DNA from: the human T2T-CHM13v2.0 reference genome, Homo sapiens | NCBI RefSeq assembly: GCF_009914755.1 | Contig: NC_060933.1 | Length of the DNA: 64,000 bases | Direction: 5' to 3' (one strand) | Program-made: the position numbers and the translations under genes | In this document: positions 12,180-25,372 of the stretch, one piece after another | Layout: each line of letters opens with the position of its first letter | Position numbering within the stretch: position 1 is the first letter of the stretch | The notes under the pieces: generated by a model | What the model saw: only the letters and a program-made list of their open reading frames with translations | The model's database searches: none | Told to the model about the DNA's origin: nothing

Positions 12180-12615
12180 CAGATGATCCCTGACTTACAT
12201 TGGTTCCACTTAAGATTTTTCAAGTTTATAATACTGTAGAAGTGACACACATTCAGTAGAAACTGACAAACATTCAGTAGAAACTGAGAATTTTGAAGTT
12301 TGGTTTTTTCCTAGGCTAGTAATATGTAGTAGGAGACTCTCTTGCGATGCTGGGCAGATGCAGTGAGCCCCAGCTCCCAGTCAGCCACGTGATTATGAGG
12401 GTTAACAATGAACACTCTGCAGTGTACTGTATTGCCAGATGACTTTGCCCCACTGTGGGCTAATGTAAGTGTTCTGAGCACATTTAAGGTAGGCTAGGCT
12501 GAACTATGATGTTCAGTAGGTTAGCTATATTAAATGCATTTTTTCCACTTACAAGATTTTCAAATTATGATAGATTTATCAGGACATAACCCCACTGTAA
12601 GTTTAAGAGCATGTA
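12180..12615 (-). mobile_element. MER47 (Tigger-derived) DNA transposon
   Basis: CTAATGTAAGTGTTCTGAGCACATTTAAGGTAGGCTAGGCT...TTAAATGCATTTT; internal 21-bp duplication 12243-12284. Confidence 0.85.
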
Positions 12616-12956
12616 TACTTCATCTATACTCTTTCATTTTGATTTCCTTTCACAATTAATTATAAAGCCAGTTGGATTAAATGCAGTTAAAGCCAGAAGT
12701 AATAAAACAATAATCAGAACCTAAATACAACCAGCTACCATTTATTGAGGGCTTGGTATATGACAGATATGTTATTTAAAATTTTTCATTACAGATCTAG
12801 AATAAACACATTATTCTAATTTTGCAGATAAAAAAATCAAGTCATTAACAGGTTATATAATTCACCCCAAATCATGCAATTAGTAAAAGGCAATATAGAG
12901 ACTGAAACCTATATCATCTAACTTCTGAGCCTGCTCTTCTCCACGTTAATTTACAG

Positions 12957-13143
12957 TAGCAGTTTTCAAATTTAGGGTGCATCAGAATCACCTGGAAGGC
13001 TTGGTCACACACAAATTGCTGGACCCACACCCAGAGTTTCTGATTCAGTAGGTTGGGAGCGGGGCTGGTGAATTTGCATTTTGGAGAAGTTCCCAGGTAC
13101 TGCTGGTGCTGCTGGTGAAGGAACACCTCTTTGAGAGCCACTG
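12957..13143. mobile_element. MER5A
   Basis: GTGCATCAGAATCACCTGGAAGGCTTG...TTTCTGATTCAGTAGG...CTTTGAGAGCCACTG. Confidence 0.88.
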
Positions 13144-13545
13144 CCTTATAAATTCTTTAAATAACACCTTTCATTATTATGTAATTTAATCCTCACATAA
13201 CATAGGTGAAATGAATTATTTGAATCCCCATTAAACAGAAGAGGAAAAAGTAGTTTGTCTAAGATCAGCCAACTAGTATGTGATGAAATGCAAATTCAAA
13301 GCAGCATGCATTTAGGGTCTGCACACGTATTGAAATATTACACTGGAGTGATTTCCATCTTTTCCTTGATTGTATTAAGCTTATCCTATCTCTGCTTTTG
13401 CTACACATAGCAGCACTTGCATTTTGCCATTTTCAATTTACAATTGTGAGACAGGAAGGTCAAAAGGCAATCACTTGTATAAACAAACTGTGTTATTTAG
13501 GGATAATGGCAGGGCTGCCCACTCTGAACTGTTGGCTGGCAAGCA

Positions 13546-13564
13546 GTGCCACTAGGTGGTAGCT
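13546..13564 (+). promoter_or_regulatory. CTCF-like motif (GTGCCACTAGGTGGTAGCT)
   Basis: Core CCACTAGGTGGTAG, one deviation (T for C) from CCACYAGRKGGCAG; unique sequence. Confidence 0.45.
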
Positions 13565-14159
13565 AAAAATGTCGAATGATCAGCAAATGCACAGAAGTCC
13601 AAATTCAGTTTTTTATACTGTTGAGTAAAAGTTAAGAAATGGTAGTAGAAGACTACTTCTGTTGGCTTTTGAGTCTAGATCCATCTGAGACCTAGGCATC
13701 AGCCAACTACCACTCTCTGTATGTGAGTTATTTTATGACCACATTCACAAGGCTAGCATTCACAGTTTGCACAGATAAAGTCCAGGCTGACATCTGTCTG
13801 CAACTACAGACACACCTCTCCTGTTGCATCACACTTAGTGAGAGAAAAGAAAAATGAGAAAAGGCATTAACAATTGGTAAGTACTTGTACTTGCTGTTGA
13901 TCAGGAACTCCAGGTTAGTTGGTTGAAAACGGTTAAGCAACAGCATTTTTCTTTTTCTTGTTTTTCTTTTTAGCCATACGGCAGAAGGGAAGTTGTTTTG
14001 AGGTGATTTATTTTTATTTTGTTGGTGAGGAAAAGAGTAGAGAGAGCTTTACATTTTAGTTAGGCTTTAGTCTCTCAGGATTGGATTAAATGAGATCAAA
14101 TGAGATCACACTTGGTAAACTGTAAAGTGTAAAGCCAGAGGGGGAGATTATGATGATGA

Positions 14160-14345
14160 AACACAATGGAGTAAAATGGTCAATTTTCTAGCTTTGAAGA
14201 CACACAAATTGAAGTTTAAATGCCAGTTATGCTAATAGTGGTGTAATTTTGTAATGTAAATTAATCTCTTTGAGCCTTCATTTTTCAAACTGCAAAATGG
14301 AAATTATAATCCTATTTCATGAATGTAATTGTGGGGTTAAATGAG
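14160..14345 (+). mobile_element. MIR SINE
   Basis: TTAATCTCTTTGAGCCTTCATTTTTCAAACTGCAAAATGG...GGGGTTAAATGAG. Confidence 0.7.
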
Positions 14346-14759
14346 GGACTAAAATATGGTCAAGAAGGAATTGTAATCAGATATTATTTCTGGGTAATAT
14401 CAGATTGGAATTTTTTTAAGTCAAAATGTACAGAAAACAATCAGAAATATGATGTATAGACCAAAATGTTTAAAGTTGCATAACAATTAGCTGACCCATT
14501 CTCATTTTGCATAAAAATAATATGTGAAAATCATGAATAAGGAAATTTATTTTTGGCAAAAATCTGGACTTAGTAAAAGTTGTAAACAATTTATAAAATA
14601 AGAAGTGATCTGATGCTAAGTATGGCTATAAACCATCAGGAAGATTTTAAGATAGGCCTGCTTAGTCAGACAAAGGGTTTCTCAGTATCTAAAGGGCAGG
14701 TTCTCAACAACAGTATAGCACACAAAACAGGGCTTAAGTAGAGAGGAATGCTAAAAAAA

Positions 14760-15420
14760 TACTATCTGTGGCTTCTGTAAAGTGAACTGTACTATAATTT
14801 GATACATAGAAAGTTCATAAAGCTTTTTAGAGAGCTGTATCAACAATGGACCGCCAACTTGAACTAAAAGGAACTGAGATGTTTTAGGTTTGTGAAAGTT
14901 CTCTAAGCCTTCAACATCCTATAGACAGGAAATAGGCTAAATATTTTACCTCATTGTAAACAAGGTTTATTTGTTATGAAATAGTACAGATATCTCAGAC
15001 AGTAAAATCAAGAGGCCCAAGGACACAGTTAAGAACTGAAGAGTAAAACAAACTGTGGAAGCACTCCCCAGGAGAAGATCTGTCAGATCCCTCCTAATTT
15101 AGGACAGGTAATATTTCTTTCATTAGAACATTATCTGTCCCTAAATTAAAGGGAACCTGACAATATTTATCCAGAATCATGACAGCAATGGCACTCCCAT
15201 TTCTCATCCTTTTAAGTGGCATTGTCTTTTGTGGTTATCTGGTCTCTATTTCACCATTGTATGTTGGGTCGATAGAGGAAGTTATTATCTTTTTAGGTCA
15301 CAGGTTTTTGGGTAAAAAGGAGCAATATACAAGAAGATGTACCTGAAAAGCCTCACTCATACATGAACCTAATTTAAATAATAACATCCTAGGATCTGAG
15401 TCTGATACCTTAGTGGCATT
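14760..15420 (+). mobile_element. MLT1 internal (MaLR-int) relic
   Basis: GTGGTTATCTGGTCTCTATTTCACCATTGTATGTTGGG...CCTGAAAAGCCTCACTCATACATGAACCTAATTTAAAT resembles the MLT1-int 3' region. Confidence 0.65.
15081..15162. repeat. 82-nt imperfect inverted repeat (38-nt arms, 6-nt loop)
   Basis: Left arm TGTCAGATCCCTCCTAATTTAGGACAGGTAATATTTCT vs reverse complement of right arm TGTCAGGTTCCCTTTAATTTAGGGACAGATAATGTTCT. Confidence 0.9.
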
Positions 15421-15899
15421 TGTCAGTGGATTTTACAAAATCTTCAACAGAGAGCAAATAGAGAAGTTAAAATATTTCTGAATGGAGAGGATCTCCTATG
15501 GCCTCTTCTTGACGGTGCTGTGGAAGTAGATCTTGGGTGTCTTTGTATCTTGCTATAGTGACACCTCCAGTATTGAGATCTCTCGGTACTGTCTTTCCAT
15601 TTAGTAGAAGTTCCTAGATGATGGGGAGTCTGCCACATTGAGCTCCTAAGGGTTTCCTTCCAGCAATTTTTAGAGCATTGCATTTCTAATTTGTGTCATG
15701 TGCTTCCCTGCTTCCTGAAATAGCAGAGTCAGAACATCAGTTTTGGGCCCTGGCTTCTCCAAGCCTTGCTCATATTTTTTTCCTTCTCCTAGAACATGCA
15801 GTCCATATTATTTACACTTATGAAAATCTTTCCCACCCACAAGAAGCTGCTGAAATATTACTTCTTTCATGGAGATTTTCTTGATTCTTTCTCCTGAAC

Positions 15900-16200
15900 T
15901 AATAATAATTACATATAATTATCATAATAATAGCTATCATCTATTGAGCAGCTACCATGCACTAATCACTTTACCTACATTGTATAATTTAATTTTTACA
16001 ACAGTCACATCAGTGCTATCCTCTTACTATTTGATCCACACATAAATTAGAAATTGTAGGATTTTACAAATGAGGAAACAGGTTCAAAGAGGTTTAGTGA
16101 ACCCCAAATGTCATAAACCAAATGGCATCTGTAAGTAAAAGAAGAATGGTTCACAAACTATGTTGCTTCCAAATCAGACCTTTCTATTCTACACATACAA
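15900..16200 (-). mobile_element. MIR SINE
   Basis: ATAGCTATCATCTATTGAGC...ATTTTACAAATGAGGAAACAGGTTCAAAGAGGTT. Confidence 0.75.
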
Positions 16201-16269
16201 ATCCAGCCATAACTGGGAAATGATGATATTTCTTTTCCTATGATGCTATACATTGTGAGGACTTACGGA

Positions 16270-16505
16270 GTTATTCTTTGGAATGAGACTGACTAGGCTA
16301 AATGCTGGGTCTTTCTCTTCCCAGCTGTTAGATCTTGGCTAAATCACTCAGTATTCCCACACTTCAGTCCTTCCCTATAAAGTAGGGATAAGAGTAAGAG
16401 CTAGCTATAGAGCCCTGGTGAATAGTAAATGTATTAACTTATGCAAAGAGCTTAAAAAGTGACTGGCACATAGTAAGAACTCGGTAAATGTTAGCTATTA
16501 TTGTC
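16270..16505 (+). mobile_element. MIR SINE
   Basis: CTTCAGTCCTTCCCTATAAAGTAGGGATAA...TGGCACATAGTAAGAACTCGGTAAATGTTAGCTATT. Confidence 0.85.
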
Positions 16506-17194
16506 TTATTCTTTTCCCTTCCCCATTTATTCTCTCCCCATCTCTCTCTTCTCTCCTTGTGTTTTGAGTTTTTTTTTTAAAATAACAATTTGGGCTCAAC
16601 TGATCAAGCTGCAAAGTAAATAAATAGCAGGTGCCTGCAGAAAACAGATGGAATTCACTATGGGCTTCTTTTTGTGTTAGCTTTGGATAAGTTTACTGTT
16701 TGCATAACTTGTTCTCTCCCTTCTCCCAAACAGCTCTGTATGGGTCTCTGTATTTGTTATTTGATTCATGAATTCTTCCCACTTTTGTTTCTGGCAAATA
16801 TTCTACCTCATCTTTCCTCTCAATATTAATAACAATTGTCATTATAGAGTCTTTAATATTTGTCAGGCATTCTGCATACTTTCTTTTATATAGTACGCAC
16901 AAGATTCCTAAGACAAAGGTATTCTTAGTTTTTTTATAGGTAAAGAAATTGAGATTCTGTAAAAATAATCTCTTAAATTTCTATTATAGAAATAATCTCT
17001 TAAAATTTTGCTTGTGGTTATCCAATATTTATGTGACATTTTCAAAAGGTAAGTCAGGCTTTAAATTGCTTATACAATTTTTTAGCTTCAGATACTCTCT
17101 CTTGTAGAAAATGTAGAAAATGGAGAAAATGACACTGTTCACTGAATGTCTGTGTTTAAAAAAAAACTGTAATTAAGTCAAAAGATAACTCTGT

Positions 17195-17489
17195 GGCTGG
17201 GTGCAGTAGTACATGCTTGAAATCTCAGTGTTTTGGGAGGCTGAGGCAGAAGGATTGCTTGAGCCTAGGAGTTCAAGAACAGCCTGGGCAACATAGTGAG
17301 ACCCCAACCTTACCAAAAATAAAATAAATTAGGTAGGCATGGTGGTGCATGCCTGTAGTCCTAGCTATTCAGGAGGCTGAGGTGAGAGGATCCCCTGAGC
17401 CCAGGAGTCTGAAGCTGCAGTGAGTTATTATGAAGCCACTGCACTCCAGCCTGGGCGACAGAGTGAGACTCTGCTCCTAATCCCCAATA
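17195..17489 (+). mobile_element. AluJ with decayed A-tail
   Basis: Full dimer; TSD AAAGATAACTCTGT (17181-17194) / AAGGATAACTTTGT (17490-17503). Confidence 0.92.
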
Positions 17490-17994
17490 AAGGATAACTT
17501 TGTGTTAGGAAATAGAATCCAGGCTAAATAATATTTGATTTATTAAATATTAAATATGATTTATTAAATGTATTGTCATCAGTAAGAGAAAAGAGTTGAG
17601 CCATTTGTGGTGAGATGTCTTCTCTTTTGCCTGGCCTTAGGAGGAAATAAACCAGTGAGTGATTAGCCTTTCACAATATGAGCACCTTGGTCCAATGTGG
17701 AGCTGCTTCTGCTCTGTTGACAGATCTAGGGGTGAAGTTACTATAACATAAAAGGTCTGAGCTCTGGTCCTACACTGGGGCTATTACATCTGGCATTGTG
17801 TTTATCTTGCCATCATGATAGTTGAGACCCAACCCTACTCTTCTAGCTCTTCTAAAAAGAGAAATGCTGAGACATTGTTTAATTTTTCCACAGAACAACT
17901 TGTTTTCATTTCTTATAGGTTCACGTTTTCCTCATAACTATAGTTTGTATTTGGCTTTGAATGTTGTGTTTATAACTCCAGGCCTGACTATAAA

Positions 17995-18394
17995 TGTATC
18001 AGTTAGCTTTTATCCAGGGTATGCTGTAAAACAGACAACTCCACAATTTTATCTAAACATGTTTAATTCTCACTCACATTTTTTGAGTGTGGTGGCTCAA
18101 CTTCAGCTTTGTTAGACTTAGCTGGGTCCCATGTGTCTTCTCATTCTGGAGCCCAGGCTGAAAGAAAAACCACTGTCTAAAATGTGCTGTTCTCATGAGG
18201 ATGACCTAGTGCAAGAGGACCCAGCCAAGATCTACAGTCAAATTGAAAGCTTCTGTCCCTGTGGGAGTATTATGATTGCTCACATCCTATTTGTCATGTG
18301 ATGTCACATGACAAAGCCTCAAGGCAATGGGGCAGAGAAGCATGGTAAGGGTGAGAAGGAAACAAATAATTGGGAACAGACAATAGAAACTACA
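17995..18394 (-). mobile_element. MLT1 (K/L-like) solo LTR
   Basis: TGTATCAGTTAGC...TCTCATTCTGGAGCCCAGGCTGAA...GTCACATGACAAAGCC...AATGGGGCAG. Confidence 0.75.
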
Positions 18395-18959
18395 ATAAAG
18401 GACATTGGATTTGCCTTTTCGGGAGCCAAGCATCATCTGACTATATCTTAGTGAAAATGCTTGATAGAAATGTCCAATTCATTTAGGATAGCCCAAATTA
18501 TGGCTAGGTTTTCCTAAATCAAGTGTCCATGCTTGAGCCAATCACTTCGGACTAGGAAAAGGGGATACAACTGCATTATATAAAGGGAAAAACAAGAGCT
18601 CTGGCCAGGGGCAATTTATTTAAGAAGGGTGAATGGGAAAGGCATTCAGATTCACTGCGCTTCTGATAATTAAATGTTGGCCTATTGCTTTTTTTCTCCT
18701 TATTATTAACTTCATCACTCTCATCAGCTTGATTTTTACTGCCTCTTGACCATTGCCACAGTCATTATCATGATCACCTTTATTATCTCAGTGGCTTTAC
18801 CACCTTCATCACCTTTACTCTTCTTCACCACTTTATCATCTTCATCATCTGTACCAAAATTACTATCACTTTTATCTTCAGCATTGAGGTGTACATTGTA
18901 ATGTTCTCTCAAACATCCACTTTTCCTCTTACCCACTGTGCAGTATCCCTACAGTTTGA

Positions 18960-19400
18960 GAAAAAAATCAAATTGTCCCTCAGCTCAAGGAGCTGGTAAG
19001 GATTTCGGTAATTCAACAAAGATAGTATTATCACTCTTACAGTTATTGGTTCAGGGATGAATAAGTTATCTAAGGTGGTTCAATGAGAGTCAGACTCAGA
19101 ACTCTGAGAATCAGTTGGAATAAACAAATGGCTTGTCTCTCACTGGATATATATCAGGCGGTAGATAGCCCAGATTGTTACTGTAAACCACTTTATGGCT
19201 ATGCAGGAAATCAACCTGAGAATGAAGCTCATGCTGAAGTAGAAAGAGGATACAGAAAAACACCAGGTGTTTTTCTTGCTGACACTGTTGCTTTACTAGA
19301 TCAATCCTCACCTGAAGCTTGTGTTACCTGTCACCATTTTACACATTTGATGCAATAAATATCCTTCATTGTTTAAGCCTGATTTTTTTTCACTAAAAAT
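18960..19400 (+). mobile_element. MLT1 (J/L-like) LTR
   Basis: ATTGGTTCAGGGATG...CCTGAGAATGAAGC...GCAATAAATATCCTTCATTGTTTAAGCC. Confidence 0.7.
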
Positions 19401-20079
19401 TTATACAAAGTTATATATCAAACTAATGAACTTTACTATAATAACTCTATTAATGTCAACATCAGTATGTCTTAACTGCAAACATTTCTGTGACTAGCTC
19501 CACGTCTGCATCCTCATCTCTGGAAGTTCTTAATTGGAGAACAAATTGCAGATGTGAAGGAAAGAAGTACAGGAACATGGTGATGAGATACTTGTTTTCT
19601 CTTTATATCTTTGGCATTTTTTAAAAAAGCATCCTTTCTATTTTTCCTGCATCTTTTATATCATTAAACATGTTGGTTCTAAAAGCAATCTCGGGCATGC
19701 ATAACACATTTTATGTTCCAAAACTAATAAAGTGATTTGATATCTAAAAAGAGTTCTTAAAAACACCCAGTACTGAACATAAAGGCAGCAAGATTGGGAA
19801 GGAAATGTGTTGAATCAGCCTCCTTTGTGACTAGGAATCCAGAAGCTTGCCTTCTAAGATGCCAATCCCAAACTTGTATGTGACCTTATATATGTTCTTT
19901 TGCCTCTCTGGACATAAATGCCTTCAGCTCTAAACTGATATGGGTAGTTCAGGGAGTCTTAGATTCTATGGCAGATTTCAAGTTTTCTAAGGAGTGGGGA
20001 AATGTACTTGAATAGATTTGGCATTTTTGGACAAGCCATACATCTAAGTTCAGTAGCTTATACATTTATAAAATAGAGG

Positions 20080-20210
20080 TAGAATCATAGACTGTTAGAA
20101 ACAGAAAGGACTATTAAGATCACCTAAGCCAATTCCCTGACATTTGAGATAAGAAAACCAGGATCCAGAGAGGTTAAGTGACTTGCCCAAGGGCACACGG
20201 GTAATTTAAT
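20080..20210 (-). mobile_element. MIR3/MIR
   Basis: AGAATCATAGACTGTTAG...CCAGAGAGGTTAAGTGACTTGCCCAAGGGCACAC. Confidence 0.75.
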
Positions 20211-20563
20211 GAACATGCCCTTTGCCTAATACTTAGGATCTTAATTTTATCTGGTTTTATTTATTTATTTATTTTTGGAGATAATCCTGCCCTGTAATCT
20301 CTTCTAAAATTGAGAATTCAATATCAGCACTAGGTTTGTTTTTCTTCTTTACAAGACCATGAGCTCTTCCAAAATGGGACTGTTACTTAGTCATCTCTGC
20401 AGCACCTAACAACCTGACAATAAATTTCAGTTGAATGAATAAACAACAGTGAGAAGTGAATTCTAACCATTTCCCTGCCTCTGTAATGGTTTCCCTAAAC
20501 TAGTCCAAATGATATTTCACCCTTAAAAAATCAAGTTGGAAGCACATTACAAATCTGAACCTG

Positions 20564-20898
<335 letters not shown>

Positions 20899-21629
20899 TT
20901 TGAACCTGTATCCCAACTACCTACAAGATGCTGAGGAAAGACTAAGGAAGGGTCTCCTGAAATTACCTGCATTTCACACTACTGGTCTACTTCACCTGTC
21001 TCAAATTTGCCTTCCATTTGTGATGCATCTGTCAGGTAATCATTGATAATGGACATAAATGGTTATTTGAAAATTTCACTGTGAAAGTGTCAGGTCTGCT
21101 AGCTAATTATCTGTCAATTAGCCTTTCTTGTCCAAAGCCAGGAGGGGCAGTCCTCCATGGCCTTTGCTGACCTCCAGAAGCTGAGAGTCCAAGAGAGTTT
21201 TTTTTTTTTTTTTTTTTTTTTGCAATTATAAGGAGCAATGCAAATGGGAACCATCTGAAAGTGGCTCCCTGGAGTCCTTCATGTGTACTGAGATCCGTGA
21301 TGGCAGGCCTCAGCTTATTCTCCTTTGAGTAACCTGTAGGGGGGTCACAGTAAGATCACATGATCACACATCAAATCCCACATCCTCCTTGAAGGAAAGG
21401 TGGAAAAGTCTGTATTCTGAGAAATCATACTTTAGGATCTCTGCAGGGAGTTAGAGATCCATCTCTTGCTCAGACGTCTCTCTGGAAGTCAAAGCTAACA
21501 GAACAAGCTGAATATGGATGAGCTTGCATCTTTGTGACCTTCTTCACCTCTTCTCCTTCTTCAGAAGCAAGCAAGGTCATGGCTGAAGAACCTGATTCTG
21601 ACATAATGCCCTTTCCAGAAGCAAGGATT

Positions 21630-21880
21630 TCAGGAAAGCAGCTGTAGAATGGTGGACTGAGAGTCAGGAGACCTGGGTTCAGGCCTTAATCTTGCCACTT
21701 TCTGGTTGTACCACTTTCTGGTTGTGCCACTTTGTCATTCAGCATCTATTTATTCATCTCTTAGGTGAGGACAATATCTACCTCATAGAGTGGGTGCAAC
21801 TGTTGTAAATATATAGATAAGATGTTTGGCTCACAGTCAGTGCTCAACAAATGGCATCTGCCATTGTTATTAGTTTAATA
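21630..21880 (+). mobile_element. MIR SINE with internal 16-bp tandem duplication
   Basis: GAGTCAGGAGACCTGGGTTC; CCACTTTCTGGTTGT repeated at 21695 and 21711. Confidence 0.8.
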
Positions 21881-21927
21881 GCCACCAGGTTGGGAAAAAG
21901 TATTGCTAAAGACTATTAAACTCAAGA

Positions 21928-22115
21928 ACAGTGTTTGTTTAACTTTAGGAGGTACAGAAATATCATTTGGGGAGCTTATTAAAACATAGATCCTTGACAT
22001 TAGCCCCTGAGAGTCAGATTCAGAAGGATTGAATCTAAGAATTTACATTTTTACCATGAGCTCCAGGTGATTCTAATACAGGTGGTTCATGATCCATACT
22101 TTGAGTAAAATGTCA
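21928..22115. mobile_element. MER5-family element
   Basis: GGGGAGCTTATTAAAACATAGAT...CTCCAGGTGATTCTAATACAGGTGG...ACTTTGAG. Confidence 0.75.
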
Positions 22116-23809
22116 TGAAGAGGAAAATGAGCAGCAAGCAGGCTTAGCAAATATTTGTTGATTCGTTGATTGGCTCATCGGGGACTCTAGCTCTCACCTG
22201 TACAGGAAACTGAATGTAGGCATCATTTTATCCCTGAAGTAATCAAGAAATCTCTCCTTGTGTCTAATTGCATGCTTGCCTACAATAACCAAAGCCCATA
22301 CCTCTTAAGCAAAAATGAGAAAAACTGATCAGCAGTTCCATCATAATACTCTAGATATTTGCAGAAAGCAGTCTTGTCACCCTGTAGTCATTTCATGTCT
22401 TCACAAGACAACTCTTTTATTTGCTATAATTTCAAGTCATTACTGAGACTCAATAAATATGCCCTAATGAATAAAATACTGATAATACAAGAATAAAGAT
22501 CAAAGCATATCAAAATTCAGTGGGACCTTGGAGATTTTTAACATTAATCCCTCATCTGACTGATGAGCAAATTAAGACCTACAGGTCATATCACACATTG
22601 GTGATAGGATAGAGATGTAGACCCTTGATTACTTGCATTCCATTTCAGTACTCTTGCTGCTGCATGGCATAGATTCTAATTCATTTTATGTCTGTAGGAC
22701 ACCTAACCTTTTCTGGGCACTGTGCTGGGCACTGTAGGGAGTGGAGAGGTGTACTGACCTAAAGGCATTAAAGCAGCTCACTGTTTGGTAGCGGAAATAT
22801 AATGTTAACAGGCAGTTGAAAAACAACATAGTAATTGTGAAGCAGGAATTATTGTACCTATTTTACCGAGGTGAAAATTGAGGCCCAGAGTGGGTAAGTA
22901 ACTTGACTGTGACCCAATAGTATCTAAAGGAGCCTAAATTTGGAATATGGTCTTTTAATTCATTACATCAACAAATATTTATTGCAGGCTTACTATGTGC
23001 TCATCCTATGCTAGATATTTGCTGTGTACCATAAATAGGAGAATATTCACCATGCCAGCGTAATAGTCAAGCATGGAGCATAGTAAGTCAAGCTCCAGAT
23101 TTCCTGGTCTACAAGGTGTCTCTTCTTTCTCCCTCTTTAAGCTAATGACCAACTGGCTTGTAGTCATACTGGGAATATCAAAAGGAAAAGAACAGTAGCT
23201 TCAGAGAACTCAGGCAAAGAAAAAGATTATGTCTTGCCTAACAAAGGTGAAGACATAATCCATGGAAAGTCAAATTGGTCTTTTCTTACTCTTGGGAAGC
23301 CCAGCTGCCAAGGCCCCTAAAGATAGATGGCCCGTCTTGAGGCTGTAATTAAATTTGCCACAATTATGTTCCCAGCAGTCAAATGCTGGGGTGTCGAAAG
23401 ACAGAAACACATCCTAGTTGCCCCCACCTGCGTTAAATGTTGAATTATCTTACAGTTGATAGTTCTCTAGATTCCCCGACCTTTAAATGCTGAACACTAT
23501 ATGCCTGTTGAATTTTAATCAATTTATTTTTTTCAACTGTAAATGTCAGACTTCTGTACGGAATTACTTGGTGCTGCTGATGTGACAAAGACTCAAAGTT
23601 CAGTATCTGAAGTCATGGAATAGCAGAGGACCCAGCATGCATCAGGAGACATAATTTGTAGACAGCCAAATACAGAGGGAAAAGAACATTTATTTTTCAT
23701 TAGCTTTCATTTAGAGGTCTAAAGTTCTGATTTTGTCCTCTTATCATCCACATTGAATACAACTATTCAGAACTGCTAATGACTTTGACCATGTCACTAA
23801 GAAAGCTGA

Positions 23810-24045
23810 AGAGGGAAGATGATTTATTTATAAAGTGCCTACTATATATCTGAAAATGCAACCTCATTACATCTTCACACAAACTCTGTGGTATCATTAA
23901 AAAATTATGATTCCCATTTTATAAGAGAGGAAAGTGAGGCTCCAAGAAATTTGCTAATTACTGCAGAACTTCTAAACAGTAAAGCTGAGTTTAAATTGTG
24001 GAATTGCTGACTTCAAAACTCATGCTCTTGCCATTACATCAACTG
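23810..24045 (-). mobile_element. MIR SINE
   Basis: TTCCCATTTTATAAGAGAGGAAAGTGAGGCTC...CTGACTTCAAAACTCATGCTCTT. Confidence 0.75.
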
Positions 24046-24238
24046 CCCAGACCTGACTCAATATTCTTCTACCCTTTTCTTAGAATAAGAGTCAGTCTTC
24101 GAATGTGTTTAAGATGCATACAACTGGCTGGTTCTGACTACCTAATTTCCAATTATTCTTGACTTAACTGACTCAGAGACTTCACATTTTTGTATTTTGC
24201 TATTCATGGAAAGAGTTTTTATAGTATTTGTCTTCTGC

Positions 24239-24404
24239 TATATATATATATTTATATATGTATATATATGTATATGTGTATATATATGTATATATGTATA
24301 TATGTATATGTGTATATATATAATGCCTAGCATGTGTGTGTGTGTGTATATATATATGTGTATATATATATATATATGTGTATATATATATATATAATGC
24401 CTAG
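24239..24404. repeat. Compound (TA)n/(TG)n microsatellite with duplicated spacer
   Basis: TAATGCCTAG occurs at 24321-24330 and 24395-24404 within the TA/TG runs. Confidence 0.9.
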
Positions 24405-25099
24405 TATGTTCTCTACCATACAGCCACAAGTCTGATCACCAGGAAAGGTGTCTGGCACATAGTCAGTGTTTAATAAATATTAGTTGACTTTTTCTTTTTG
24501 CATTTCTCTCTCTCTTGCTTGCTTTCACTCTCTCTCCCTCCTTTTTCCCCCTCTCTCCCTCTTTTTTTTCCCTCTCTTCTCTTGCTTTGTGTCCTAGCAT
24601 TTATCTCTAGGTTAAGAAAATGCCAAACCAATCTTAGAAATTCATAGATTTCCCCCTTCAGTGAGCCATTATCATCTCCCTGGCTGGCTAAATAAAGCTA
24701 ACATTTAAGTCACAGAACAGGCCCCAAGGTAATAATGGAGAAGTAGGACTTCACTAATCATCCACTAGTTACACTTCTTAAGAAAGGCTGTTTGGCCAAT
24801 AACCCCACACTCCTCCTATATGGCCACTTTTTGTCTACAGAACTATCTGCCCAGCAGGTTTAGCAGACAGTAAATTTTTAAGCAGGAGAAAACTTGTCCA
24901 GGGCAGTCACTGCATCCTGGCTTCATCTACCCTAAGAGGGAGGTGCTAAAGACTTGTTCAAGCAGCTAACAGCAGACAGGCTCAGTATCTTCAGTTGGCT
25001 TTTTAATCTACTGGTTTCCTGGAGGAAGACTCTGCAAATGATCCAATCTTTCTACTTTCGTTTGTTGCCACTTATTCCACATCTTCTGCTCAGAGGATA

Positions 25100-25372
25100 G
25101 TGAGCTCAAATACATGCAGTGGCTGAGCAGATAATATGAACGTGTACATCAGCTCCAGAGAATTAGTGAAGGGGACAACTATTTCTTAGCTTCAGCAAAC
25201 TGTGCTCAAGGGGAAAACTGGCCCTGCACTTCCCTATCTTCCAACATTTCAACAGGATTTGGAAATATAGACATACATGTGAAATTTGCCAATCTTAAAC
25301 ATTATTCAAATGTTCTGAGATGAATGTGTGGCTGTGGAAACCTCTCTTAAGTCCTGCAATTGTCTGCAATCT
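25100..25372. mobile_element. MER103-like hAT-Charlie relic
   Basis: GCTTCAGCAAACTGTG...TGGCCCTGCAC...GGAAATATAGAC...ATGTGAAATTTGCCAAT. Confidence 0.5.

Noticed and set aside
24790-24825. CCTATATGG as an SRF CArG box near a CCAAT
   Set aside because: Only five A/T bases between CC and GG; a CArG box needs six
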